Shown here: piece by piece, positions 1-11,108 of the stretch
Layout of the letters: each line of letters starts with the position of its first letter
Position numbering within the stretch: position 1 is the stretch's first letter
Source: Oopsacas minuta
Taxonomy: Eukaryota > Animalia > Porifera
Length of the DNA: 64,000 bases
Assembly: GCA_024704765.1 (NCBI GenBank)
Contig: JAKMXF010000188.1
Coordinates: forward strand, 1 to 64,000
Reading direction: 5' to 3'
Position numbers and translations under genes: made by a program
The notes under the pieces: model-generated
Told to the model about the DNA's origin: nothing
The model's input: the letters and a program-made list of their open reading frames with translations, nothing else
Database searches by the model: none

Positions 1-133
1 GGGGGACACTCCACACTAGTGCCATTCGTCGGCGGGACTCTTTGCCCTAGTGTCACTAGTCCGGGGGACATTTGGCCCTAGTGCCACTAGTCCGGGGGGA
101 CAGAATTTAGGGAGGACACATGACACTACCACA
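1..133. mobile_element. Right end of a MITE with TGT..ACA-type terminus followed by CCGG (Ginger1-like); left end outside the window
   Basis: Tandem subterminal repeats (ccctagtgc/tcactagtccggggga) end in ...ctaccaca and are followed by CCGG at 134-137. The same ACA+CCGG junction closes the elements at 3760-3983 and 60007-60216. Confidence 0.55.
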
Positions 134-386
134 CCGGGTCAAGTAATAGTAACTAATATAATGATATAAGATGCATCGAAATTATACAAAGAGTTTGAGA
201 TCAAAGTTTCCATAAAACTATTACCAGTTTAATTGAAAATATGTCCATGAAACGATATGATTAACATTTACAGATATTTACGCAAATATTTATCGAAGAA
301 TACCGCCCATAGAATACAAAGACGGCCTCTTCTACATTGAGAGGACACTAGCAGAACCCTCCCTATACTCTCTAAACGGTCTCATC

Positions 387-1892
387 ATGTGGAAGGAGAT
401 AGCTGAGAAAAATATGGACAAAATTCAAGGTTTGCTTTCTCATAATCCTGATATCCCAAAACAGATCGAAAAAGTGATTGTGAAGAGATACAAATATCTG
501 AGAAGACAACTAAAGGCTGAAATCCTAAAAATGAGGACTTATCCAATACCAGAACCTTGGCGTTCAGATGCGATGCAGAAGAGAATGACACACGTTATTG
601 AAGGAGAATTCATATTCTATGTAGATCCTGAAATAGAGGAAGATATGAAGCCTGTGGATCCTTCCGAAAGAGACCTGCTTCCCGGAGGTATCACACGTCA
701 GGAGTATGACAAGAGGCTGGATAGACTCAATATGGAGTACGCAATGGCAAGGGATACGTTGGAATCCGGAATGTAGATGACATAGCAGAGAAATGTGAAG
801 AAATGGAGGATTGGTATGCAAAAACTGAGCGTAAGGTTAATTTCACATTTACTGAATTAGCTTTGTTTTACAGAGATACTAGGTCACTCGAATACCTTGT
901 CAGGAAGAATAAGGACGATAAGTTGTTGAAGGAAATATATGACGTCATGCTGAGAAAAATCCGTCAGTATTACGACATCAGGATAGATATTCCTTCTTTT
1001 GCAATCACAATTGATAACAATCATATGGCAGTTGCTCCACCCAAAACGATAGGAAAATCCCAGTAGCATCTGGTGATGATAGGGGTGGAGCTATCAGTCA
1101 CCAATTAGACACTCCAACAAGTGTAATTGTGGTTAATAGTAGCATGATAGTAGCGGATAGATATGGTGATACAGTCTCACGCTACAAAGTTAAAGATCTT
1201 CCGGCTGACGCAGCCTATCATGATCCTCATTTAGGTACTACTCCTGTCTCATAACCTACTTTAAAAAGTTCGTATTTGTGTGCTATTCAAGTTTCTTAGC
1301 ACAATGCAGCTTAATATGGGAAAATGATGGGAATACATCTGAAATGAATCGTGTACATACCATCTCAATACCACAGGCTTGTTGCACCTCCTGCAACAAT
1401 GAGCAATTGTATGTGGGGACTCTCAAGCCAAGCCCCATCCGCATGAACCTAGAGCCTCTCAGGGTAGAACAGGAATACCCACTCAATCCCATCCTGCATA
1501 CCAAGAAAAGGAATAGGTATCCATGGCTACAGTACATGAAAGTTGTTTTTGATAGTGTTTTTCTTCTCTTCACGGGATCTCCTTCTCCTCTCCAAGCGTT
1601 CTCTCTAGAAGGAGAACTCTTAATGTCCATTCTCACAGAGGATCAGATAGTAGGAGCATACTACTTCACTATTTTCCGTAATCCTATGACCCTTGAATGG
1701 AGAATCTACATATGCGATTTCTGGGACAATTTCATCAAGGTTTTTTACTTTGAAGGTAAATTCATAGGAAATGTTTGTGGGGCTGGACATGGACTGTGTC
1801 AGATATTTAGTCCCACTTGCATAAACATAGAAGTTATTGGTTATGTTACAGTTGGTGACATGAAACTTGACAACTGTCTACAGAAGCTGTGA
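387..1892 (+). pseudogene. Frameshifted coiled-coil + NHL-repeat (TRIM-NHL-like) gene
   Basis: ORFs 387-776, 803-1066 and 1278-1892 are linked by overlapping frames. An unlisted frame near 1030-1250 reads VASGDDRGGAISHQLDTPTSVIVVNSSMIVADRYG (NHL-like). The last ORF has YICDFWDNFIKVF and GHGLCQIFSPTCI. About three frameshifts are needed to join the pieces. Confidence 0.6.
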
Positions 1893-2249
1893 TATATCTT
1901 TTATATTATAGGTATTAGTTGTTTATATTCACAATTATAGTGATCAGTTTATTAATAATAGATATGCACATGGGGCGTAACTAGAGATCCTAGAGAGAGG
2001 AGGTAGGGTCCGTAGGGATGAATATTTGCCTCAATTAGGTAGGGTTATAATTGAAAGATATGGGGAGGTGCTGAAATGAGGGCAGGGAATTGCCTCCTCT
2101 GCCATAACCAATGTCCTGCCGACAGAATGGGAGTGCAGTTCGGCATGTGGGTCATGTTTATACCCAATAGTCCAATACAAAGGATTAGTCACTAAAGGTG
2201 TGAGATCAGATAATTTAATCATGTTGATCCAAAATTGAAACTATCAAAA

Positions 2250-2600
2250 TTTGAGTCTACATACATCGATGCCCGAATACTCCTAACTAGTCGTTGAAAC
2301 GAAATTTCTGGCATCATTTTCTAATATATTCAAAAAGGTGTGAATTATTGATTAAACATATGATAAATCATTTATGTAAAGATTTGAAAGTGTAAAAATA
2401 ATGTAAAATATGATTAATCATATCAAAATCATCTAGAAATAGATTGATTTTGTCAATTTCCTAGACTAACCTTTGAAACAAAGTTTCTAGCATAATTTTG
2501 GAAATTTGCAAAAGGTGTGATATTAAATAATCATATTATTCATATGATAAATCTGTGAATTTGTATTTTCAGTCTCTAAAATCACAGAATCAAGTCTGTT
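2250..2600. repeat. Degenerate tandem module pair (core aaaaggtgtga..atcatatgataaat), copy 1
   Basis: The core motif occurs at ~2333 and ~2512; the same pair recurs at ~3455 and ~3593. Confidence 0.7.
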
Positions 2601-2624
2601 CCAAATATGCTTTTTCCTTTGCGA

Positions 2625-2930
2625 GAAATAAATGATACTTGCCTTTCCGATTCTTGCTACAAATCAAACCATAGTTTCTCCAGCATTATTTGTGGCTTTT
2701 ATATCAGCTCCTCGCTTGATTAGCAAATGTACTGTGACGTCATCTGTATCTTGGTAGGCGATATGAAGTGCCATGTCTCCTTCTAATTCTGTATTGTTCA
2801 CAATTTTTTCCTCGGTTTGACAGTTGTCTATCAACTATTAGTTTATTATATGTATATATCCCATGCTTGCTCACTAGATTTAAAGGCACTGTTTGCCTTT
2901 CTTTGACCAAATAGAAATCCAATTCAGGAA
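2625..2930 (-). pseudogene. Ankyrin-repeat gene relic
   Basis: The minus strand reads VNNTELEGDMALHIAYQDTDDVTVHLLIKRGADIKATNNAGETMV*FVARIG, preceded by KKGKQCL*I**ASMGYIHII. This matches the ankyrin consensus but has in-frame stops. Confidence 0.6.
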
Positions 2931-2949
2931 TACATTAGACTCCACTTGA

Positions 2950-3089
2950 TAGAGCCACCAGTTAACCGGGTCAATTTGGTTAATCGTGTCACTTGGCCAG
3001 AAACGGAACCAAACAAATATTGTCAAATTATTCCGGTTAATCGAGTCAAAATGGCCTGGTCCCGATATGATCCTATCAAACGAGGTCTA
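2950..3089. mobile_element. Tc1/mariner(pogo)-type MITE remnant
   Basis: Clearly similar to 41792-41917 (ttggccagaaac.gaacca.acaaata, ccggttaa repeats), with tagac/g..gtcta ends. Confidence 0.65.
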
Positions 3090-3429
3090 ATATATTTCTT
3101 CAACTTGTCAACCACTTCCTAGTTTCATTATTTAGCTGGATTTTGGGATTACGGTCTTTGTCAATAGATATATGTATGCAAGCATCCCCTGAGGGCTCTC
3201 CCATTCTCCAAATCCAATTATTATTATTCCAAATATACAATAATGCATTAATTAGTCCACTGGCTTTGAAATGCCAATTTACAATCGCTTGCTCCTCTTT
3301 CATGCTTTGATTTAGTGCTATGTTTCGAGACTATCAACTCTACAATATTTCCTGTTTAGCGCAACTGACAAAGACTGCACTGCCCAAGTGTAACCCATGA
3401 ACCATTGGTCCATACAAAACATGTCCAGC

Positions 3430-3700
3430 CTCTAGCATGATTGGAAAAATATACAAAAAGGTGTGAAATATTATTAATCATATGATAAATAATGTAGATA
3501 TAGATTTGAAAATGTCAAAATTGAATCTAGATACTCGATTAACCCTTACTAGCAGTAAAACGTAATCTATAGCATTATTTTGAATAATATTCAAAAGGTG
3601 TGAAATCATAATTATTCATATGATAAATCTGTGAATTTGTAACTTACAGACTCTGAAATTCTCAAAATCGGACTCAACACACCTAATTATCCCTGATAAC
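3430..3700. repeat. Degenerate tandem module pair, copy 2
   Basis: Direct repeat of 2250-2600 with the same aaaaggtgtgaa..catatgataaat cores. Confidence 0.7.
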
Positions 3701-3753
3701 ATGTAGAAACCTAATCTACGTACGTACATCGCACATCGTCCATGCCATTAGGG

Positions 3754-4162
3754 CACCGGTGTAGCAGCTCAAATTAACCTCCCGCCAGAATATACCTTCT
3801 GAGCCTAGATTAACCCCCTGGGTATAAACTAGCATACCCCCAGATTAAGGGTATAATCTGGGCTAGCCTAGATTACCCCCGGGGCTTAACCTGGGCTAGC
3901 CCGGTTATCTGGGGGTTAATCTAGGCTAGCCCAGACTATAGCCGGAGTTAAACTGGGTTGGGAGGTTAATCTAGGCTGTTACACCGGTTCCCAATCTGAA
4001 GTCCATGGACCCCTAGTAGTCCACGGAAGACAGCAAGAGGTCCACAGGATCTATTGCAGTCCATGGGTTTAACACATTCTGTGAACCCCCACACTGTGGA
4101 GCCACAGAATGTGTTAAACTTGGTATAGGTGGTCTACGGGTGAAAATGGTTGGGAACCGCTG
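3754..4162. mobile_element. hAT (Buster-like) MITE carrying a nested insertion in its left TIR
   Basis: 8-bp TSD cattaggg at 3746-3753 and 4163-4170. The right TIR ggttgggaaccgctg matches the left TIR caccggttcccaatc once 3760-3987 is removed. Confidence 0.9.
3760..3983. mobile_element. Ginger1-like MITE (TGT..ACA, CCGG TSD)
   Basis: Termini tgtagcagc..ttaacctccc and gggaggttaatctaggctgttaca. CCGG is duplicated at 3756-3759 and 3984-3987. The interior is built from gggctagccc-type palindromes; a paralog lies at 60007-60216. Confidence 0.85.
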
Positions 4163-4321
4163 CATTAGGGCCTCTCCTTATAGGAGCTACACTAAAAATG
4201 ATTCATATGACTCTCATTTGCAGCCCTAATATAATGGTGTTGAATTAGATATTTCCTGAATTCTTCGTAAGTGCAGTATTATTGCATTTCTACAAGTATG
4301 CACTTAAACTATTCTAAATGC

Positions 4322-4534
4322 ATACTTGTCAACCTGAGGGAAGAAAGAAACGAGACGGAAGGTACTAATTTTGTGGGATATCACGAAACGTAGCATATTC
4401 GTATTAGACTTGACTACAAAAAACGGGACAATTAAGGTTTTTGCAAGTTTTGGCGGGACATTAGCCTCATCATCCCTCAAAATATGTGCAAAAAATGAGG
4501 GACGTCCCGCCCAAACGGAGCAGTTGGCAAGTAT
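4322..4534. mobile_element. MITE with atacttg(t/c)caac TIRs
   Basis: Ends are atacttgtcaac and gttggcaagtat; an inverted paralog lies at ~60843-61050. No TSD found. Confidence 0.7.
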
Positions 4535-4598
4535 ATAAGTGTAGCTATGAATTTGACCTCTGGCTACAAGGACATGTGTACGTGTCCATGTCCTAATG

Positions 4599-5101
4599 CA
4601 AGGGTGCCCAACTCGATTGAATTGCTGGCCACATTGGCTTCCTCAATAGTTTGGTGAGCCTCATGGACCAATTTATAAATCTCAGATTTATTTAGAGAGA
4701 ATATGTTAGAATATCCAAATTTCTACCCTTGATATCAATTTTCCTTTTCTTAGAACAAGGCTCCATTAATATAAATAATTATATATTCTACAGGTAATTT
4801 AGGAGATGAGTAAACGCAGTATCTGAATTTCAATTATTAGCTTAGAATTATACTAGTTTATATTTATACACCGCTAAGGATTAATATTACTAAACACATG
4901 CACCTGTCGTGTATTGAAAATGAATAAGAATCCTCAAAATGTCAAATACATTGAAATTCGACACCCAGTATGAATGCTATCGAAATGTGGCTTAGGAATT
5001 GTTCATGAAGAAATAGTATATATTACAACGTGCAAATTCTTAGTGCATACTTGCGCGGGCCGGATAAAATTATTACCCGGGCCGTATGTTGGTCACCCCT
5101 G
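4599..5101. mobile_element. hAT (Buster-like) MITE
   Basis: TIRs caagggtgcccaac / gttggtcacccctg; 8-bp TSD tcctaatg at 4591-4598 and 5102-5109. Confidence 0.9.
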
Positions 5102-5261
5102 TCCTAATGCATACTCGACATTTTAATATAATTATATTTACAGATATGGTATGATTAATTATATTGATATGAATAAAGTTACATTGTACACGACATTTGT
5201 TCTCTACTCTTTGAAATAATCGAAGAACGTATAGTAGGTGTATTACTTAATACGTATCATA

Positions 5262-5427
5262 GGGGCCGTTCAAACCTTATGTAACGCCAATTTCCCTAAA
5301 TTTCTACACTCCCCTCCATGTATCATGCTTTTCATTTTTAATACAAAAAGAATGGGGCTGTCACACCTCGCATACCACCCCCCTGGCCCCCCTCTCCTTG
5401 TGGCGTTACGTAACGTTTGAACGGCTC
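5262..5427. mobile_element. MITE (PIF/Harbinger-like) immediately upstream of XYLB
   Basis: TIRs ggggccgttcaaac.ttatgtaacgcc / ggcgttacgtaacgtttgaacggctc; ATA flanks both ends. Superfamily assignment is tentative. Confidence 0.75.
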
Positions 5428-5446
5428 ATATTAGATATTGTTTGAA

Positions 5447-7036
5447 ATGTCAGATGGGAATCTTTATCTGGGTTTTGACTTCAGCACTCAACAGTTGAAA
5501 GTGATAGCCATTAGAGAATCTCTTGAAATATTCTGTGAGGAATCTATCCAATTTGATGGAGATATTCCTGAGTACAAGACACAAGGAGGTGTACACAGGT
5601 ACCCTTACGAACCCCTAAAGGTAACTGCACCTCCTCTCATGTGGGTCAGTGCTCTCGATTTGATTTTAAAGAAACTAAAAGCTTCTAAGTTTCCTTTTGA
5701 ACGTGTTGCTTCTATTTCAGGAGCTGGTCAGCAGCACGGGAGTATCTATTGGTCAGTGGGAGGAGTAGAGTCGCTGAAAACACTGGACCCTGCTCTCCCT
5801 TTGAGAGATAATCTCAGAACTGCATTTGCTATAGAAAGTTCTCCTGTGTGGATGGATTCATCTACTGCTGTAGAGTGTAGAAATCTTGAGGAGTCTGTTG
5901 CAGGACCTCTCACCCTGTCAGCTATAACTGGGTCCCGTGGATATGAGCGGTTCACTGGGAATCAAATATCAAAGATTCTGAAAGGAACATCCAATAAAAT
6001 AGCGCGTATCTCTTTAGTCAGTAGTTTCGCTGCTAGTCTGCTGATAGGCTCAGTAGCTCCTATTGACTTGAGTGATGGATCAGGAATGAACCTGTTGAAT
6101 ATAAAGAGCAAATTGTGGGAGGAATGTCTTCTCGTGGCTAGCGGAGGAGAGAAGTTAGCTGAGATGTTGGGACCCCCTATACCAACTAACTCTATAATAG
6201 GAGAATTACATCCATATTATCAAGTTCGTTATGGGTTCAGTAAGAAGTGTAGAGTTGTCAGTTTTACTGGCGATAATCCCAGCTCCCTGGCTGGTCTTCC
6301 TGCTCATCCTGGTGATATTGTTATTAGTTTAGGTACCAGTGACACTCTGTTCCTCTCTCTCTCTGAACATGTACCCTCTCTGATGGGACATGTGTTCGTC
6401 AGTCCTCTAGACCCCTCCAACTACATGGGACTGCTCTGTTACAAGAACGGCTCGTTAGCTCGTGAAAGGGTAAGAGATATCTGTGCAGAGGGTAGCTGGG
6501 ATAAGTTCAATTCTCTGCTGGAGAAAACTCCACCTGGAAATAACGGTGTTATTGGAATGTACTTCTTTGACGCAGAGATTACCCCAGATATACAGGGACT
6601 ACATTTGTTTGATAGCAATTCTAACCCCATCACAGAGATTGCTCATGAACAGCAAGTGAGAGCTATCCTTGAAGGTCAGATTATTGCTAAGCTACTCCAC
6701 TCATCCTCTCTCGGCTACACCACGGGTCCGTCTAGTCGTGTGTTAGCTACTGGGGGTGCATCTAACAACCCTCACATACTCCAATTAATAGCTGATATAT
6801 TCAACTGCAGTGTATACATAGTAGATAGTACTAGCAATTCAGCTTGTTTAGGGGCTGCCATCAGAGCTATCTTCTCCACCAATGTAATACCTGATACTAC
6901 TTATCCGGAACTGGTGGAGAGAGCAGTCAAGTGTAGTTTCGCTACTGAGCCAAGAAGTGAGCTGGTATCTCTTTACAGAAATATGTTGCTGAGGTATAAA
7001 CAGCTGGAAGAATCCATTCTAGCAGCAAAATCATGA
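5447..7036 (+). CDS. XYLB: Xylulose kinase (FGGY family), single exon
   Basis: LYLGFDFSTQQLK, SISGAGQQHGSIYW, SPVWMDSST, GSRGYERFTGNQI, RISLVSSF, TGDNPSS, ISLGTSDT, LLCYKNGSLARE and TGGASNN motifs. First ATG is at 5447. Confidence 0.95.
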   Translation: MSDGNLYLGFDFSTQQLKVIAIRESLEIFCEESIQFDGDIPEYKTQGGVHRYPYEPLKVTAPPLMWVSALDLILKKLKASKFPFERVASISGAGQQHGSIYWSVGGVESLKTLDPALPLRDNLRTAFAIESSPVWMDSSTAVECRNLEESVAGPLTLSAITGSRGYERFTGNQISKILKGTSNKIARISLVSSFAASLLIGSVAPIDLSDGSGMNLLNIKSKLWEECLLVASGGEKLAEMLGPPIPTNSIIGELHPYYQVRYGFSKKCRVVSFTGDNPSSLAGLPAHPGDIVISLGTSDTLFLSLSEHVPSLMGHVFVSPLDPSNYMGLLCYKNGSLARERVRDICAEGSWDKFNSLLEKTPPGNNGVIGMYFFDAEITPDIQGLHLFDSNSNPITEIAHEQQVRAILEGQIIAKLLHSSSLGYTTGPSSRVLATGGASNNPHILQLIADIFNCSVYIVDSTSNSACLGAAIRAIFSTNVIPDTTYPELVERAVKCSFATEPRSELVSLYRNMLLRYKQLEESILAAKS

Positions 7037-7670
7037 TTATATACTATTCTGTGCAGAGCAGTTGTCACTTTATTTGTCTTATAATTATACCCAATTACAT
7101 ATTACTACATAGGTTGACCTAATGGTGTTCTAGGCAGTCTAGGGGTTTGCTTCATTTATTTAGGGTTTGCATAGACCCCCAATCTATTACACTCAAAATG
7201 CTGCATGCTGGTTACCACACAGTCTATAAGGTTTATACAGTTAACCTTCATGCTCCACAAACGGGTTGGAAATATTACTTGTTATCGTTACTGAGTTTTT
7301 CGCGTTTCAAATTGTATTTGGTTTATGACGTCACGCAAATTGTGTCTATTGTGTCGATAATTATTTTCCATGGTCTAGCGATTGTGCGCATTTCAATACC
7401 ATCCTCTACTGTTTATACCCTCCTACTAGGATTTGCTCCTAGTTTTCCATTATCCAAAAACCTAGTACACTTCCTATGGAAAAATTAGGAAGTGGCAAAA
7501 AGAGCCAAATTGTGTCAGATCATTAATCGTATGCGGAGGTGCAAATCTACAATTCACAATGAACCCATTGATCATAAACAGTGTCGGCTGTAGAGTAGGC
7601 ACGGAAAAATAATAAACTTCCCGCTAAGATCAATACTGAGCCTTATGCTAAAGTATAGTCAGCACAGTGA

Positions 7671-7866
7671 AAATCTAAAGTTACAACCTGTGCCGACAGC
7701 TTAGTCTATTAATAAAATTTGTTTAAAAAGTGGCACTATTAATTGGAGGCACATGTGTAATGGGATTAAACCTAACCTTTCATAGTGCCTCCAATTACTA
7801 GTGCCTCTTTTTAAACATATTTTATTAATAGACTAAGCTGTCGGCACAGGTTGTAATTTTAGATTT
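7671..7866. repeat. Inverted repeat, ~82-bp arms with ~32-bp spacer, part of a dispersed modular repeat
   Basis: 7671-7752 is the near reverse complement of 7785-7866. The right part plus downstream sequence recurs at ~61170-61445; the upstream module recurs at ~8360-8460. Confidence 0.85.
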
Positions 7867-8894
7867 TTTCCTCGCTCCGCTCGGATATAGAATCCATCAA
7901 ACACTATATTTACAATTTACTATGATCATACAGTCCATATAATGTTCAATTTGTTTGCAGTAATCATCGGTTGACTAAATAATAGAAGGGAATACAGGAG
8001 GAGATTTGATCGGTACAAATTCGGAATCAGCGTATTCAATTACCCCTTTTTTCTGTTCTACGATTATTCAAAAGTTACCAATATAAAATTCTAGAAGAGT
8101 ACGAAGGTGTAAAATTTCTTCTCTTTCGAAAGGTGTGAAAATTTTGGCCTTTCCTTTCATAATTTTTTTGCTAGAGGCCAGACCAAAGTTTGACCAGTGT
8201 GAAATAGTGACACTTGGTGTCCGGTTGATTAGCAAAGGGGAGAGTACACCCGACGAATATCTCAAATATTTTCACTATCATATAACACTTTGATTCTATC
8301 CAGTTTTGGCTGCAGGGGTTCAGGAAGAAATAAAAGTATAGGTAACCATTTCAATACTGGGCCACTTTAGTATAGTCAGCACAATAAATACAAAACTTTC
8401 CACTAAGATCAATACTGAGCTTTAAACTAAAGTATAGTCGTCACAGTAATAATGAAAATCAATGCAACATTGTTACATTGAAATAGAGCATGTTTTATTT
8501 CCATGCAACTTTTAACATACATGATGCAATAAAGTTGCATCGTGTATTGTGGGCTTAAAGATAAGGCTCGCTGAGCCAATTTTCGCTGAAACAGAGATAA
8601 AAGGAAGTGGATATATTACGAATGAGTAATTCTATAATCGCCAATGATAAGAAACTTGTACATTTTTACCCGAATATATGTGTTAATTGATATGGAACGA
8701 TTCATAAAAACCACATTTGTGAAATTTTGAGGTATTACAAAGTACGTTGCGTGTAACCTGAGAACATTTCGCACAGGTTACACACAATATACTTTTTAAT
8801 ACCTCCATTATTCTGATGTAATAGGTGTTACAGCTAATCTAATTATTAACACATTACATTATATTACTCAGTTTTACATTAGAATCCTACCATT

Positions 8895-10433
8895 ATGTCT
8901 GATGAGAAACCAGCTGATAAATGGCTACGTCCAGATATACCATGTAGATGTACATGGACTCTAGGGGAATCTAAGCCTTCTCCGCATAAATGCAAAGCTT
9001 TCCCCCGCGAAAAGAAGAATATATTCTCATCAGTTTTAGACGCTATTGGAGACACTCCTCTTGTGAGACTAGATCGAATTGCGAAGAGCTGTAATATGAA
9101 GTGTGAATTGTTAGGCAAATGCGAGTTCTTTAATGCTGGGGGATCTGTGAAGGATAGGATTGCTTTGAGAATGATTGAAGAAGCAGAGGAGGATGGTCAG
9201 CTGATGCAAGGTGACACGATTATAGAACCAACATCTGGAAACACTGGGATAGGTCTAGCTCTAGCATGTGCTATAAAAGGTTATAGATGTATCATTGTAA
9301 TGCCGGAGAAGATGAGTTTAGAGAAGGAAAACGTTCTGAGAGGCCTGGGAGCTGAGATTATAAGAACTCCAAACTCTGCTTCTTTTGATGAACCAGAGTC
9401 TCACATTAGAGTTGCTTGGGATTTGAAAAACAGAATCCCTCGAGCGCATATTCTAGACCAGTACAGGAACCCTTATAATCCTATCGCACACTATGATGGT
9501 ACTGCTAATGAGATACTTCATCAATGCGATAGTAAGATTGATATGGTAGTTATATCAGCAGGAACAGGAGGCACTATAACAGGGATTGGTAGGAAGATCA
9601 AGGAGAAACTACCTAACTGCCAGATTATAGGAGTTGATCCTGTTGGAAGTATCCTCGCTCTCCCAGACACACTCAATTCTACGATAAAATCCTACAAGGT
9701 AGAAGGGATTGGATATGATTTCATTCCTACAGTACTAGAGAGATCTTGTATTGATAAATGGATTAAAGTAGATGACAAAGAATCATTTTTAATGGCTAGA
9801 AGACTCATGCGTGAAGAGGGTCTACTATGTGGTGGTTCATGTGGCTCTGTTATGGTGGCAACTATCGAGGCTGCTAGTAGTCTGGGTTCTGGACACAGAT
9901 GTGTTGCTATATTGCCTGATTCTATTCGGAATTATATGACCAAACATTTGAATGAAGACTGGATGATAGATAACGAGTTTATGCAGTTATCACCTGATAA
10001 GTATCCTATATGTCTTCCTGAAAAAACTCTGAAAGATATAAGTATTTCTCCTCCAACCTTTCTAGAACATAATGCTAAGTGTATCGAAGCAATTAACATG
10101 TTCAAACAAACTGAACATAGCCAATATGTGATTATTTGTAATGAGAATAAGTTTATGGGTGTTGTCAGTGTTCATAGTATAAATAGTAAGCTATTCAATG
10201 GTCCAATTGGTGTCCAGGATCCTGTATCATTATTTATTGATAAGGACATCCTAACAGCACCTCTCTCCACATCCTTAAGGCTGATTATCCAGAAGATGAA
10301 GTCTACTCGTTCTCTGCTGGTTTATGATAGAGATATGACTGATGACGGAAATGTAACTAAGTTGTGTGTGAAGGGTATAGTTACTGAGTTTAACTTACTT
10401 GTCGAGTTTTCTGGAAATAATGCCAGTTTATAA
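8895..10433 (+). CDS. CBS: Cystathionine beta-synthase, single exon
   Basis: Heme motif CRCTWTLGE..SPH, PLP lysine GGSVKDRIA, EPTSGNTG, GTGGT, YKVEGIGYDFIP, LPDSIRNYMTK, and a diverged C-terminal CBS-pair region. Confidence 0.97.
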   Translation: MSDEKPADKWLRPDIPCRCTWTLGESKPSPHKCKAFPREKKNIFSSVLDAIGDTPLVRLDRIAKSCNMKCELLGKCEFFNAGGSVKDRIALRMIEEAEEDGQLMQGDTIIEPTSGNTGIGLALACAIKGYRCIIVMPEKMSLEKENVLRGLGAEIIRTPNSASFDEPESHIRVAWDLKNRIPRAHILDQYRNPYNPIAHYDGTANEILHQCDSKIDMVVISAGTGGTITGIGRKIKEKLPNCQIIGVDPVGSILALPDTLNSTIKSYKVEGIGYDFIPTVLERSCIDKWIKVDDKESFLMARRLMREEGLLCGGSCGSVMVATIEAASSLGSGHRCVAILPDSIRNYMTKHLNEDWMIDNEFMQLSPDKYPICLPEKTLKDISISPPTFLEHNAKCIEAINMFKQTEHSQYVIICNENKFMGVVSVHSINSKLFNGPIGVQDPVSLFIDKDILTAPLSTSLRLIIQKMKSTRSLLVYDRDMTDDGNVTKLCVKGIVTEFNLLVEFSGNNASL

Positions 10434-10759
10434 CTTATGACAGATTAGTCTCGTAATATAATATCAGTCTGAATTATTTATTTACGCATTTGTTTATAGT
10501 ATTTATATTCCCGATATTCACTTTACTATAAAATCATTATTGTTTCTGCGATCATTTTCTAATTTCTAACTTCTATAGTGCTGATTCATTCATTTGGCAA
10601 TTTTACGTTTGATATTTCTGTTATTATACTAGTTTTATGAAAATGACCCAAGGCTCTGCCTAAAGAAAAAAAGCTTTCTTTAGCCGTAGGGGTGTAAAAG
10701 AGGGTGGAGGAACACGACTTGTCCAAGGAGAGTTAGACCGCCTGCATATATCGTTATGG

Positions 10760-11108
10760 TGCATTCCTCTACTGCCTTTGATATTTCCTCCTCCACGCCT
10801 GGTGCCACTGGTATCAACCTCTGTTTACACGGGGGTAGTGATCCTGTATCTATACAATGAGTGACCCCTTTGGCAAGTAGCGAGTGTTTGAGGTTTTGGG
10901 CAAACACATGTTCGAAAGTGTGTAAGAGGTCAGTTAAAGCGGTCTTCTGTTCTGTTAGGAGGTTAAAATTTATCAAATTTCGAGGTGTTTTCTGCTTCAG
11001 ATCTGTAGCGTCTTCTAACGCGGCAACGCTTGTCATATAAAAATCCTTTTCTCTACATCCTTGATACCAATCATGGTAATTGTCTCCTGATATTTTGACT
11101 GGTATCAT
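10760..11108 (-). mobile_element. Ty3/Gypsy pol fragment (region just before the RT core)
   Basis: LTEQKTALTDLLHTFEHVFA..GVTHCIDTGSLPPCKQRLIPVAPGVEEEISKAVEE is typical of Gypsy pol; the fragment is truncated on both sides. Confidence 0.7.

Noticed and set aside
1968-2222. Coding-like minus ORF 2031-2222
   Set aside because: It could be part of the ankyrin relic, but no motif was recognised.
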